From assembly GCF_009914755.1 (NCBI RefSeq), contig NC_060937.1: a DNA stretch of 64,000 bases. One strand, 5' to 3'. The stretch is from the human T2T-CHM13v2.0 reference genome, Homo sapiens. Position numbers and translations under genes: made by a program. Below the pieces are notes generated by a model. The model worked only from the letters and a program-made list of their open reading frames with translations, did no database searches and was not told where the DNA came from. How positions within the stretch are numbered: the first letter of the stretch is position 1; every line of letters starts with the position of its first letter. This document shows, one piece after another, positions 13,706-30,224 of this stretch.

Positions 13706-14617
13706 GGGGGGAGCCAAGATGGCCGAATAGGAACAGCTCCGGTCTACTGCTCCCAGCGTGAGCGACGCAGAAGACGGGTGATTTCTGCATTTCCATCTGA
13801 GGTACTGGGTTCATGGTTCATCTCACTAGGGAGTGCCAGACAGTGGGCGCATGTCAGTGGGTGCGCGCACCGTGCGCGAGCCGAAGCAGGGGGAGGCATT
13901 GCCTCACTTGGGAAGCGCAAGGGGTCAGGGAGTTCCCTTTCCTAGTCAAAGAAAGGGGTGACTGACGGCACCTGGAAAGTCGGGTCACTCCCACCTGAAT
14001 ACTGCGCTTTTCCGACGGGCTTAAAAAACGGCACACCACGAGATTATATCCCGCACATGGCTCGGAGGGTCCTATGCCCATGGAGTCTCGCTGATTGCTA
14101 GCACAGCAGTCTGAGATCAAACTGCAAGGTGGCAGCGAGGCTGGGGGAGGGGCGCCCGCCATTGCCCAGGCTTGCTTAGGTAAACAAAGGAGCCAGGAAG
14201 CTCGAACTGGGTGGAGCCCACCACAGCTCAAGGAGGTCTGCCTGCCTCTGTAGGCTCCACCTCTGGGGGCAGGGCACAGACAAACAAAAAGACAGCAGTA
14301 ACCTCTGCAGACTTAAATGTCCCTGTCTGACAGCTTTGAAGAGAGCAGTGGTTCTCCCAGCACGCAGCTGGAGATCTGAGAACGGGCAGACTGCCTCCTC
14401 AAGTGGGTCCCTGACCCCTGACCCCCGAGCAGCCTAACTGGGAGGCACCCCCCAGCAGGGGCACACTGACACCTCACACGGCAGGGTACTCCAACAGACC
14501 TGCAGCTGAGGGTCCTGTCTGTTAGAAGGAAAACTAACAAACGGAAAGGACATCCACACCAAAAACCCATCTGTACATCACCATCATCAAAGACCAAAAG
14601 TAGATAAAACCACAAAG
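13706..14617 (+). promoter_or_regulatory. L1 5'UTR internal sense promoter and antisense promoter (CpG-rich; YY1 site CAAGATGGC at 13715-13723)
   Basis: Canonical L1PA 5'UTR sequence with many CpGs retained; activity not testable from sequence. Confidence 0.85.
13854..14162 (-). CDS. L1 ORF0 (antisense 5'UTR ORF), 102-codon open frame
   Basis: MAGAPPPASLPPCSLISDCCASNQRDS is the known ORF0 N-terminus; ATG at 14162-14160. Confidence 0.7.
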   Translation of the reverse strand: MAGAPPPASLPPCSLISDCCASNQRDSMGIGPSEPCAGYNLVVCRFLSPSEKRSIQVGVTRLSRCRQSPLSLTRKGNSLTPCASQVRQCLPLLRLAHGARTH

Positions 14618-15634
14618 ATGGGGAAAAAACAGAACAGAAAAACTGGAAACTCTTAAAAGCAGAGCACCACTCCTCCTCCAAAGGAACGCAGTTCCTCACC
14701 AGCAACAGAACAAAGCTGGATGGAGAATGACTTTGACGAGCTGAGAGAAGAAGGCTTCAGACGATCAAATTACTCTGAGCTACGGGAGGACATTCAAACC
14801 AAAGGCAAAGAAGTTGAAAACTTTGAAAAAAATTTAGAAGAATGTATAACTAGAATAACCAATACAGAGAAGTGCTTAAAGGAGCTGATGGAGCTGAAAA
14901 CCAAGGCTGGAGAACTACGTGAAGAATGCAGAAGCCTCAGGAGCCGATGCGATCAACTGGAAGAAAGGGTATCAGCAATGGAAGATGAAATGAATGAAAT
15001 GAAGCGAGAAGGGAAGTTTAGAGAAAAAAGAATAAAAAGAAATCAGCAAAGCCTCCAAGAAATATGGGACTATGTGAAAAGACCAAATCTACGTCTGATT
15101 GGTGTACCTGAAAGTGACGGGGAGAATGGAACCAAGTTGGAAAACACTCTGCAGGATATTATCCAGGAGAACTTCCCCAATCTAGCAAGGCAGGTCAACG
15201 TTCAGATTCAGGAAATACAGAGAACACCACAAAGATACCCCTCGAGAAGAGCAACTCCAAGACACATAATTGTCAGATTCACCAAAGTTGAAATGAAGGA
15301 AAAAATGTTAAGGGCAGCCAGAGAGAAAGGTCGGGTTACCCTCAAAGGGAAGCCCATCAGACTAACAGCGGATCTCTCGGCAGAAACCCTACAAGCCAGA
15401 GGAGAGTGGGGGCCAATATTCAACATTCTTAAAGAAAAGAATTTTCAACCCAGAATTTCATATCCAGCCAAACTAAGCTTCATAAGTGAAGGAGAAATAA
15501 AATACTTTACAGACAAGCAAATGCTGAGAGATTTTGTCACCACCAGGCCTGCCCTAACAGAGCTCCTGAAGGAAGCGCTAAACATGGAAAGGAACAACCG
15601 GTACCAGCCGCTGCAAAATTATGCCAAAATGTAA
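14618..15634 (+). pseudogene. L1 ORF1p with nonsense codon 13; open from Met35 (14720) for 304 aa
   Basis: ATG GGG AAA AAA CAG... then TCT TAA at 14654-14656; coiled coil, RRM (RPNLRLIGVPE) and CTD (REKG, YPAKLS) intact downstream. Confidence 0.95.
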
Positions 15635-15697
15635 AGACCATCGAGACTAGGAAGAAACTGCATCAACTAACGAGCAAAATCACCAGCTAACAGTATC

Positions 15698-19530
<3,833 letters not shown>

Positions 19531-20779
19531 ACAATAAGATCACATGGACACAGGAAGGGGAACATCACACTCTGGGGACTGTTGTGGGATGGGGGGAGGG
19601 GGGAGGGATAGCACTGGGAGATATACCTAATGCTAGGTGACGAGTTAGTGGGTGCAGCGCACCAGTGTGGCACATGTATACATATGTAACTAACCTGCAC
19701 AATGTGCACATGTACCCTAAAACTTAAAGTATAATAATAAAAGAAACAAAAAAAGAATGTTTTTAACCCAGCTTAGTTCCCCAGTAAGCTCCCACTTGAT
19801 GACAATGCTGTTGGTCTAGAACCATGTTTTGAGAAGTGAGGTTCTAATACATGCTTGAGAAGCTTGTTAACTGTTCTGAAAACACCAACTCACTGACGGA
19901 AAGTAAAAAAGGTACCATGGCCTGTGTGTTCCAACTAGGTGAGGCACCAGAGAGCCATTCAGAAGAAGGTGAAACTGTGAAAACTAACAAAAGGCTAAGC
20001 TGGCCCCTGTTGTGCAGTTTGGATGACTTAAAGTTGACACGATCAGAAACAGAAGTCAGTGATCTGGAATCAATAATACCTCATGAATGAAACCATGAAA
20101 TGAGGGAAATTTTGCTACATTTGAACAGCCAAATAACTCTTCTTTTCTAAAGAAGTACAGTCTTAGTGTCTGCTCTTAAAGGTGGATCAGAAACTTACCT
20201 TATGCAATGATGCTTTTAATATAATATTATTAAGTGGTTTGGCTCAAAATAATCAGTCTTTTCAGGAGTGTAAAATTGTGGCAGAATGTGAGTATACCTG
20301 TACTACTTTGATTTGAGTCTGAATTGAGGGCTTTTAACTATGAGGAGAGTCCGAGTACACATTTAATAACCTAATTACTCAGTAAAAAAATTCACTACAT
20401 GCATGTCATATTGAATTATTAGGTTTATGATATTGAATTAGGGAAAATTCATTTAAAAATGAACTAGTACTGTGGTTATTAAGAAGTAAAACCTAATTGC
20501 TAAATTGTGTCAGTGATATTCTCCAGCTGCATGGGTATTTTGAGAATATTAAGTTGTGATGTCCCTAGACTTGAAGGATATTCCTTCCTTTAGGCAATGG
20601 TATACTTTAACTAGCTCCCATGGGATATTTAGTATTTGTCAATTTCCCTGTGGGGCAATTTAAACTTTTGCTTTTTACTCCTATGCTGGAACTGTGGCTA
20701 AATTACTATATCTTGCAGAAATTAGTTCTACCTCTTTATGAAGATAGTCTCATCCGGAATTGTGCAATACCAATTTGAA

Positions 20780-21360
20780 AACTAATGACATTCATGATGT
20801 GGTTAAGAGAGCAGTTTTCAAGATCAGACTGATTGTGTTTAAATCCTAACTCTATTATTAAATAGTTGGTTAATCTTAGTTAATTTTTAACTTCTCACAG
20901 CTTCTGTTTTTCTCCTCTGTAAATGGAAAATAATAATTAGATTAAATAAAATAACACATGAAAACACTTAGCATGGAGGGTGGCACAGAGAAATTATCAA
21001 TAAATGTTAGCTATTATGGTTATTATATTTAGTCATCTATTCATTTGTTCATTCAACTTATTTTATATTGCATGCCCACTGGTTAGGTGCATGGAAATCA
21101 GAGATAGACTCTGCTCCAGTCATTGATGCACTAATGAACTCATTGTCCAGTTGGAGATAGAGACAAGTAAAGAAATGAATACTATTCAGTGTTATAAGTG
21201 GTAAGACAGAGGATCTAATGAGCCATCTATCATGAGTGGGAGTGGACGTCATAGAAGATTAACTGGAGGAGGTGATATCTGGATTGAGGCTTAGAGGATG
21301 AGTGGGATTTTCTAGGGCAGTAGGTAACAGTGTTCCAGGCAGAAGGAATAGGATTTAGGA
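20780..21360. mobile_element. MIR fragment followed by an L2 fragment
   Basis: GTGGTTAAGAGAGCA...TTCTGTTTTTCTCCTCTGTAAATGG (MIR core); TTCATTTGTTCATTCAAC...TGTTCCAGGCAGAAGGAATAG (L2 3' end). Confidence 0.7.
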
Positions 21361-22479
21361 CTGATATTATATCTGAGTGTGACTCATCCATGTAAGATCA
21401 TCTTTTAAAGTTTATGATAGCAATTGTAAGATTGTTTGGTTTTTGATTCGTCAATTTTTATTTCTCACTCTCTATTTTTAATTTGAATCCTACTCAATCA
21501 TGAGCTGGATCCTGCCGGATCATGGCACCTCGGTGACTAATAGAATGGCTGGCACACAGCAAGAGATAAAAAATGTTCATTGAATTGAATAAAATGAAAT
21601 TAAATATCAGGAGGAAAAGTCTTTTAGGGTTAAACATATAAACCAGGATATCTACTCCAAGGAAGGTCTAGCAATGAAGAGATTAATTACAAATATATCA
21701 TGGGTTGCAGTGGGGAGGTAAATCAAATTCAGGTTGAATGGTCCAGAAACTCTATTACTCTTTTTGAGGCAAGTCAATCAAAATACATTTTTGTAATATC
21801 AGATAACTTTAAATACAAGCATGAAGAGAATTCTAAAAATAATTCAAAATATTTTCATTATTTCACTTGCTCCTGTTTAGTAGTATAAACAATTGAGAAA
21901 TATGTATAGTCTAATATACTTGAGATTAAAAATAAATATAAGATGAAAACACAGTTTAAAACATATAAAAGGATGTCTAATTTATTGAGCATTAAAAAGA
22001 TGTTTAGGAATGACAACCTGAGAAGACTTGCAAACCCTTTGCTATAGAACAAAACTGTTTTATCACTGAGGAACAATTTTCAATTGTTTGCATATTTTCT
22101 GAGCAGCATGTAGTCTAGACAGGTAGATCTCAAGTGAGAAAATGGGGACATTTGGCTGTATTGAAATAATGATCTGAAGCAGTAAATTGATTTTCAAAGG
22201 ACATTTTTGGACTTTGGTGTTCTTGCTTCAGATAATTTGTTCTTATCATTCTCCCCAGCCTTTGGTGTTATCTACAAATGCTGTATAATTGTACCAACAA
22301 CTGAAATTATTTTGTGACTACTTTATTATTTTCATGCCTTGAAGATTATTCAGTTGTGTATCAAATCATACAAATCAAACTAAGGAAGGAGAACAGGATA
22401 GGCAATTGGGGACTTGCATTTAATATACTTTTATAGTTAACACCAAATTAGATAATCATGTCAGCCTTAATATTCCCTT

Positions 22480-22680
22480 CAGATTGACTAGATTTTAGAC
22501 AGGCTAATTCCTGAGTCTGGACTCCTGACACCCCTTTTCTTAAAGCATTTACTTAACTTGTAACTGTAAATTTTTTCTCCACTCCTTTGAGATGTATATA
22601 AATACTTTATAACACAACTTGCCAGTTTTACAACCCAGGAATGTCTTTCTTACGAACCTGGGATCCATCATCTATGGCCT
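22480..22680 (+). mobile_element. ERV1 LTR fragment (MER34/MER39-like)
   Basis: CCCCTTTTCTTAAAGCATTTACTT...CCTTTGAGATGTA...AACCCAGGGAATGTCTTTCT. Confidence 0.5.
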
Positions 22681-23399
22681 GTTAAGATCAGAATAAATGA
22701 CTTCTTATTTAAGATAGTAAAGAAGAGCCAGATTTTAAAATTCCCCCCAAATCTAAAAATATAAGTAAAAATTATTAGGAAAAAAGAGAATCTGGCAAAA
22801 AAAAAAAAAAAAATGCCAGCACACATTAAACAACCCAAAGGAAGAGCTTGTGGTCTATAAAAGAATAAGTGGGGTTTCCAAGAGTTAGCAAGGCATTGCT
22901 TGGGGCCACTCAGGGCATCTCCTAAGTTTTTCACAGAGAGACAATTTGGCATACAGGTCAGGGTGGAGATGGAAGTGTGGGGAGAGGGCTGCGAATAAAC
23001 ACAACTCTGAAACATCTAACTCCTCAGGAGGCAGATGGAGAGACAGAAGAGGAGGACAGGCATGGGAGAAGTGAAAATGTGCTTGAAAGATAAAAATTAT
23101 TTTTTGCCTTTTCCTTTACCCTTCAGTGTCAGAGAAAATAAGAGTTTTCCATATGATAGCCCTCTGGTTGGAATGAAAGAGGAGGAAAAAAAGACATGAT
23201 GATCCCAAAAATAACAAATACTCATTAATACAGGAATAACCAGAAATCAGGTGAAACAAAAGGCAAAAGAGGGGATCTTAGATGAGATCTTCTGAGGGAG
23301 ACAGAAAAGGAGGTGAGTGGGAGATTCTGGTAAAGTTTCCTCCAACGAGCTGTGGCCTCAACAAAGGGGTAAAACAAAACAAACAACAAAACAAAAAGA

Positions 23400-24385
23400 A
23401 ACAAACAAAAAAACCACAAAGGCAAAATTTTCAACTTCTTTTGTAGAATAGAAGTGGCTGGTGAGAAAGGAAAGGTAAAATGTGATTAGGAAAAATCCAG
23501 GCTGACCTTCATAGAACTCTCTGTAGGGACTTATGTTTAATTGAGGAATTATTTAAATTTCAAATTATCTTGCACTGGATTAAGACAAACTCAAGATTAA
23601 GTAGAGAGAACTGGGAGACAGGCTATTTAACAAAATCCCTGAAGACAGAGAAGAGCTCAGTTTTGCTAATCAAGACTGCTCACAACCTCAACTGAAACTT
23701 ACTTTTCTCCAAACCTAAGTAATAAGGCCTGAGGCTATTAAAATAGAACTATAAAACTACAGTGTGGAAAGGGAGTAAAGGGAAGTCCATTCAGAGTCCA
23801 TCAGATCAAATAGCAGATCCTGGCTCAGTCACTCAATCAGCCCCTTTGCATGAACAATATACAAATTAAACAAAAAACAGTACATAAGCCTGGAGTCTAT
23901 GTAGCTAAATTGTAGTAAATATATTAGGGAAGAAGTAACAGGCAGGGGAAGAAAGAAAAAAATTACTGCAGGAAAAATACAGATTTAAAAACTTTTTAGA
24001 AGTCAACTTGACCCAAGAAATAGAAGAAGCATCTCTGTAAAAGCATTTCATTATTTAAGAATTTACAAAAAGTATGAATTAAAAAACTCCTCAAAGATAA
24101 AAACAGAAAAATCAGACTGAGAATGAAAAAGTAAAAGACTGCATGGAACTGGAAACAAATTGAAGACAAAGAATTACAATTGAAGAACTAATAAAAAATT
24201 ACAAACAGAATAGATATAGCTGATGGTTTATTGTCATAATGAAAGACTTAAAGTAATTAAAGTAAAAGTAGAAAAGAAATACATGAAGATTAAAACAATT
24301 AAGGAGAGTTTAATAGAGACATAGAAGAGCTAAAGATGGTCCAACAAAAGGATAAATGATGTCCCTGGTGCAGAGAATTCAAGTT
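23400..24385 (+). mobile_element. Ancient L1M/HAL1 ORF1-like remnant
   Basis: Strongly A-rich strand; TCCAACAAAAGGATAAATGATGTCCCTG resembles the ORF1 'N(I/L)RIIGVPE' region. Confidence 0.45.
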
Positions 24386-27111
24386 TTAGGAAAAAGTGAA
24401 TCATCAGGAGATTTATGGACTCTAAATGAATAACCCCTTATAATGGTTAAATCTTATTTTGAACATGTATCTTCCTTCCTGCCATTTGATTGCTGATACA
24501 TTGAACTTAAAACATAACAAAACAAGATCCCCCAAAACATGTTTATAATTGATATTTTAGGCTAGCTTTTTTTTTTCTCAAAATGTTAGAATTTGAGCTT
24601 GTTAATTACTGAGGGAAGAAATGTTAAATGATCAGCTAATATTTAGTGACTATTTTCTGGACTCAAACTTGAGATGCATGGTCTGACAAATGTGTTTACT
24701 TTTTAAAAACTGTTCTTGCTGGTCTTTAAGCATTGTTAACAAAGCTTTTTATCTAGAAGTTGAGAAACCATGGGATTTGGAAAAGCAAAGACAGGTAAAT
24801 TATTACAGACCCACTCATTCAAACATCCTTTGCTTGATGCTTACTACATACAAGAGTCTTCATCAGAATCTCTTGCACTAGGTATCTTATAATTCAATAT
24901 AGGAGGCAAATCAGCAGAGGCAGCTACATTGCTGTGTGATTGGGTAGCATGGTGTGCTATGATAGCATAACTATCAAGGACCAAGGTATGCTTTCTCCTA
25001 GAGAAGCTGTCTGCTAAGGAGGAACTTATTCAGGAGGCTCTTTCCATTATGCCATATAGACTCTTTTTAAAACTGGTTTTAAGAGGATATCTACTTGGTT
25101 GGAATCTAACTGAGGGGTTGACTTTTTAGAACCTTCTGTATACAGTATATAAAAAATAACAGAATTCAGGTTGTTTCACAAATAATCTTTAATTTAGATT
25201 TCTCTATATGTAAGGCAAGCCTTTCTTCTCCTTCATCCCAAGGGAGCATATTGTTGAATATAATGTAGTTATGGGGAGATTACTGAAGACCATCCCTACT
25301 AATCCCTGAGAATGAATTCCTCCTTCCTCAGTGCTCCTACAGCAAATGGTTGATTCTCCTGTAGCACTTAGAGATTGAACTTAATTATTTATGTACACAC
25401 TTTGACCCATCCTTCCAGTACCTTCATATTCCAAAGACTGAGTAAAATTTTGTAAAATTTCGAGAAAAGGAAGGTAACATGTTTAATTTGATATCACTTA
25501 GTAGAGAGCTGGGCATATAGTTAGTTCTCAATAAATATTTGTTAAATTGACTATTGGAAGATTGAATTAACATGTAACAGCATGTTAAAACAAGTTTCAG
25601 CTGAGGCAGACACCAAAGTGAATGTAAGTCGTATGACTGCAAAGGAATCTTCAAAGCCGATTATTGAAGAACTACGTTTGTGATGCTTAAATCCCTTTCT
25701 CACTTTGAAAATATAAAAGAGCAGAGTGAGAGGGTGGATCTAACTACACTACTACCAATGGCAGGGCAAAAAGACAGGCAGCCTACCCTAGATGATCGTT
25801 CCACGCTTGAGCATTGATGGGGAAAGTGGCCAGTGGAGGCGCAGCACAGCTCATGTCAGGGGAGCTGTGGTCAGAAGAACCCACAGAAAGGCCCACAAGA
25901 GTCCAAAGCAGAGCTTATGGTAGAGAGAGTAAATTTTTGACACATGATGGGGCCAAAGAGACCAGAGTTAATCCCAGGACCGCCCATTCACTAACTAAAA
26001 CTTTTTCCATCTGGTTTCCCTGCCTTTCCTCCATCGCCTTGACTGGGTGGAAATGAATGCTACAGAATCAGGAGGAGGTGAGAGGAGAAGACAATCACAT
26101 CATCCCCATCCCCCAATTCAGACACTCTGCCAATGCAAGCCTTAGGCAGCCAGGAGGTTGTCCTACATTTCAATAAACATTGAAGTGTCAGTTAATACCT
26201 TCGACTGAACAGATTACGTTTCTGTGATACATCCAAGGGACTGTAGAATTATTTTATATGCAAAGTGAAAAGAAAATCAGGAGTGATTTCTGGTGAGATT
26301 TTATCCAGTGACAGGGACATGCTTCTCCCATTGAAATGGAAGACCAAAAGAGCTGCGTTTTCATGATGCTTCTAGTTGTTCTTGTTCAAGGTAATATAAT
26401 GATTGTCACGTGTCTCTTAGTACATTTTCTGTCTTTCAAATCTGGGAAATATCTCAGTGAATAGACTGTGTGGATCTGATCTTGTTTCTGTTGAGAAGGA
26501 AAATTATAACTTGTGTTCAGTTGTGTTGCTTTGGGTGTGTCGGAAACCCAGTGGGATATCTGGGTGATTACATTTGGTAATAGGAGGCCAACTCCCCTTC
26601 ATGCAGGACAGGGGAAGGAGGCAGAGACTACTATGCACCTAGTGTCTATCTCTTAGAGCTCTCTGAGCCCTGGACAGACTCCCCAGCAAACAGCCCATCT
26701 CAGGTTTGGAGCACAGCTTCAGCAATACTTTTGAAATTAAGATTAAAGACTAGGTGTGTGGGGTGCTGGCCAATCATGTTTTCCCTCAGGCCATTTTTTG
26801 CATGTTTAATTTGTAGACAAACTGCCTGTTCCAAAATTGAAATAGCAAAATCTCTGTGGAAAAGGCATGTATGTGCGAGCCCATGGGAAGGCAGAGCACG
26901 TGTTGCCCTGGGGAATGCCAGCAGTGTTATCTTGATGATTTTGTCTCATGCCAACTTCTTCTGACTTTTATCTTTTGGAATTAGAAATATGATTTTGGCA
27001 GTGCCAAGATCAGATCCATTTCATGGGAGGAGATTCTCAGAAAGCAGGTTAAAAATAATCATATATAAAACTAAAATGACAACATAATAATTCAATTATT
27101 AAGAGGGAAAA

Positions 27112-27264
27112 GGCCAGGCGCGGTGGCTCACGCCTGTAATCCCAGCACTTTGGGAGGCTGAAGCAGGCAGATCACTTGAGGTCAGGAGTTCAAGACCAGC
27201 CTGGCCAACATGGCGAAACCCCATCTCTACTTAAAATACAAAAGTTAGCTTGGCATCGTGGTGC
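27112..27264 (+). mobile_element. 3'-truncated Alu (left arm plus start of right arm)
   Basis: GGCCAGGCGCGGTGGCTCACGCC...TAAATACAAAAGTTAGCTTGGCATCGTGGTGC, then abrupt loss of similarity. Confidence 0.93.
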
Positions 27265-28576
27265 AACACCAAACCTGCAGCTCTAAAAGTGGAAAGCACA
27301 AACAAAAGCTAGGAAAGAGATTCTTCCAAGCAGCCTTTGTGTTGGGTTGTGCTCCTGCCTCCTAGTTAACCTGTCACTCAGAGGTTGAAATGTTAAGAGT
27401 GTTTCTGAGCCCTGTGGGAACCTGCTTCTTTGTATCTCAGGTTATGCAGAAAGCAGACCCCCACCTGCTGTGACTACCCTGGACTGAGACAAGCAGTAGT
27501 GCCTGAAACTAACTCCAAATACAAAGAGTCTGGCCGTTTGGAGAAGCTTTTTCCTCCTCCTCAACTCAGTTTTCTCCACAGTGACCTTGGTTCTGAGCAA
27601 CCAGATCAGGACCAGTCCAGAGCAAAGAAAGAGGTGGGAAGTATGAAGGATGTAAGGGTGACAGGGAGAAGAAGAGAGGAGAAAGAAAAAGCGGGGACTT
27701 ATGGGTGGTTTATCTCAGCCCTGGCTCTCTTTTGTTAAGCAATGATTCTTTCAATTATTTTGATTTTGGGGGACTGACAACCATCTTACATGAGCCAAAG
27801 ATATGAATGCTAGCCACAGATACAGATTTTGCTCTTGAAAACAAGACTTCAATGACCTTTCAACAAAAATAGCCTAGCACATTGAATGACAAACATGATG
27901 GCATTAAATTGTATGATAATTTGAAATAAGTGACAAGTAATTCATACAAGTGACTATAATTTCTGTTAATTTTATAAGACCATAGTATTTTTATCCTATG
28001 TCTTTTTACTTCGTGACTTCTCTAGCCTCTGTTACCATTATCAATATTCAGTCTTCCCTGAATACTCTGTGCCATTTAATTGTCTTGCGTGCATGCACAC
28101 ACGCACTCAATCCACACCACGTACCGCACACCACACGCAAGTATTCCTGGCTTCTACTTTGAATCCCACCACATTTCAGGGCATCATCCTTTATCCATGC
28201 ATCCATAGCCTGTACCGGCTATTCTGCTCCCTCCGATGGCCTCTGCTCCAGTGTTGGTAACCCTGGAGATGGCCAATGGTTTGCGGGAGCAGAAACACAG
28301 GTCATGAGACTGTGAACTCCCTGGCTGTAAAAGCATGATCTCCTTACTTCAAGAATGGGGAGGGAAGACTCATGTGAATTGGTGGCACAGAAAAGGCACA
28401 GTTGAGGAGGACAGGCAGGGAAGATGGGCATTCAGGTCAGGAAAACAGCATGAATCATGACCAGCGGATTTAAGTGTTTGGCCTGTTAGGATGATGCCAT
28501 GGGCTAAACTGGGTCTGCCTCCTTCCTCCCAAAAGCTACATTGGAGCTCTAACTACCATTACATCAGAATGGGACC

Positions 28577-28949
28577 TGATATGGATTGGATTTGTGACCC
28601 AACCCAAATCTCATGTTGAATTGTAATCATCAGTGTTACATCTGGGGCCTGGTTGGAGGTGATTGGATCATGGGGGCAGATTCCCCCCTTGTTTTCGTGA
28701 TAGTGAGTGAGTTCTCACGAGATCTGGTTGTTTAAAAGTGTGTCGCACCCCCTCCCCTTCCTTCTCTTCCTCCTGCTCCAGCTATGTAAGACGTGCCTGC
28801 TTCCCCTTTCCCTTCTGCTGTGATTGAAAGTCTCCCCAGCCATGCTCCCTCCACAGCCTGTGGAACTGTGAGCCAATGGAACCTCTTTTCTTTATAAATT
28901 ACCCAGTTTTAGGTATTTCTTTATAACACTGCAAGAATGGGCTAAGACA
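28577..28949 (+). mobile_element. THE1D/MSTA-like solo LTR
   Basis: TGATATGGATTGG...CCTCTTTTCTTTATAAATTACCCAG...CTAAGACA; TSD GGACC/AGACC. Confidence 0.9.
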
Positions 28950-28972
28950 AGACCTTATTTAGATATAGGTTC

Positions 28973-29368
28973 TGATATGGTTTGGATGTATGTTCCTGGC
29001 CAAATCTTATGTCAGGATGTAATCCCTGGTGTTGGGGGCGGGGCCCTGTGGGAGGTGATTGGCTCCTGTGGGCAGTTTCTCATGAATGATTTAGCACCAT
29101 CCCTTTGCTGTTCTCACAAGAGCTGGTCTTCTGAAAGTGTGCAGCACCGCCCCTCCCCCTTCCTGTCGCTCTGGTCACGTGAACTGCTTGCTCCCCCATT
29201 GCCTTCCGCCATGATTGTAAATTTTTCTGAAGCCTGCCCAGAATCCAAGAAGAAGCCACTATGCTTCCCGTATAGTCTGCAGAACCGTGAGCCAATTAAA
29301 CCTCTTGTCTTTATAAATTACTCAGTCTCAGGTATTACTTTATAGCAAAGTGAGAACTGACTAATACA
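28973..29368 (+). mobile_element. MSTA/B-like solo LTR
   Basis: TGATATGGTTTGGATGT...GAGCCAATTAAACCTCTT...CTAATACA; perfect TSD GGTTC. Confidence 0.9.
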
Positions 29369-29944
29369 GGTTCTTACAGAGGTAGTCAAGTTAAAATGCA
29401 GTCATTAGGGTGGGCCGTAATCCAATAGGACTGATGTCCTTATAAAAAGGAGAAATTTGCGCACAGAGACAAACAAGTTTAGTGGAAAAATGTTGTAAAG
29501 AGACAGGGAGAATATCATGTGAAGATAGAGACAGAGATTGGAATTATGCTACCACAGGCCAAGGAACATCTGGGGCTACCGGAAGCGAGAAGAGGCAAGA
29601 AAGGATCCTTCCCAAGCACCTTCACAGGGAACACGTCCTTGCTGACACTTCAGTTTTAGACTTCAGGTCTCCAAGACTGTGAGACAATACATGTCAGTTG
29701 CTTTAATCTGCCCAGTTTGGTGTACTGCAGCCCTGGAAAATGAATACAGATGGCTACAGGTAGTTTTCTGATACTGGAGGACAAGAAATGCAGGATCAAA
29801 GTCAGTCTTGATCCTTGAATACCATACTAAGGAAATTATATTTTATTCTCTAGGCAAAAACTGGATGGAGAAAAAGCTAAAGCAAATATTGATCTATCAA
29901 AGGTATTAAAGAGAGGATTAGCATGATCAGAAGTGTCCAGAGAG

Positions 29945-30224
29945 TGCTGGGCACGGTGGCTCATGCCTGTAATCCCAGCACTTTGGGAGGCCAAGGGGGG
30001 GCAGATAATCTGAGGTCGGGAGTTCGAGACCAGCCTGACCAACATGGAAAGATCTCTTCTCAACTAAAAATACAAAATTAGGTGGGCATGGTGGTGCGCG
30101 CCTGTAATCCTAGCTACTCGGGAGGCTGAGGCAGGAGAATTGCTTGAACCTGGAAGCCGAGATTGCACCATTGTACTCCAGCCTGGGCAACTCTGTCTCA
30201 GAAGAAAAAAAAAAAAAAAAAAAA
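29945..30224 (+). mobile_element. Alu SINE (AluSp/Sq-like) with two short right-arm deletions
   Basis: GAGGTCGGGAGTTCGAGACCAGCCTGACCAACATGG; 15-bp TSD AGAAGTGTCCAGAGA (29929-29943, 30225-30239). Confidence 0.96.

Larger units (their letters stand above)
28495..29748 (+). mobile_element. MLT1(B/C)-like MaLR LTR interrupted by two younger MaLR LTRs
   Basis: TGCCATGGGCTAAA...CAGAATGGGACC|TTATTTAGATATAGGTTC|TTACAGAGGTAGTCAAGTTAAAATG...GAATACA; TSD GATGA/GATGG. Confidence 0.85.

Noticed and set aside
19851-20090. 79-aa ORF just downstream of the L1 (possible 3' transduction or exon)
   Set aside because: It lies outside the 3' TSD, so it is not transduced; no recognisable homology.
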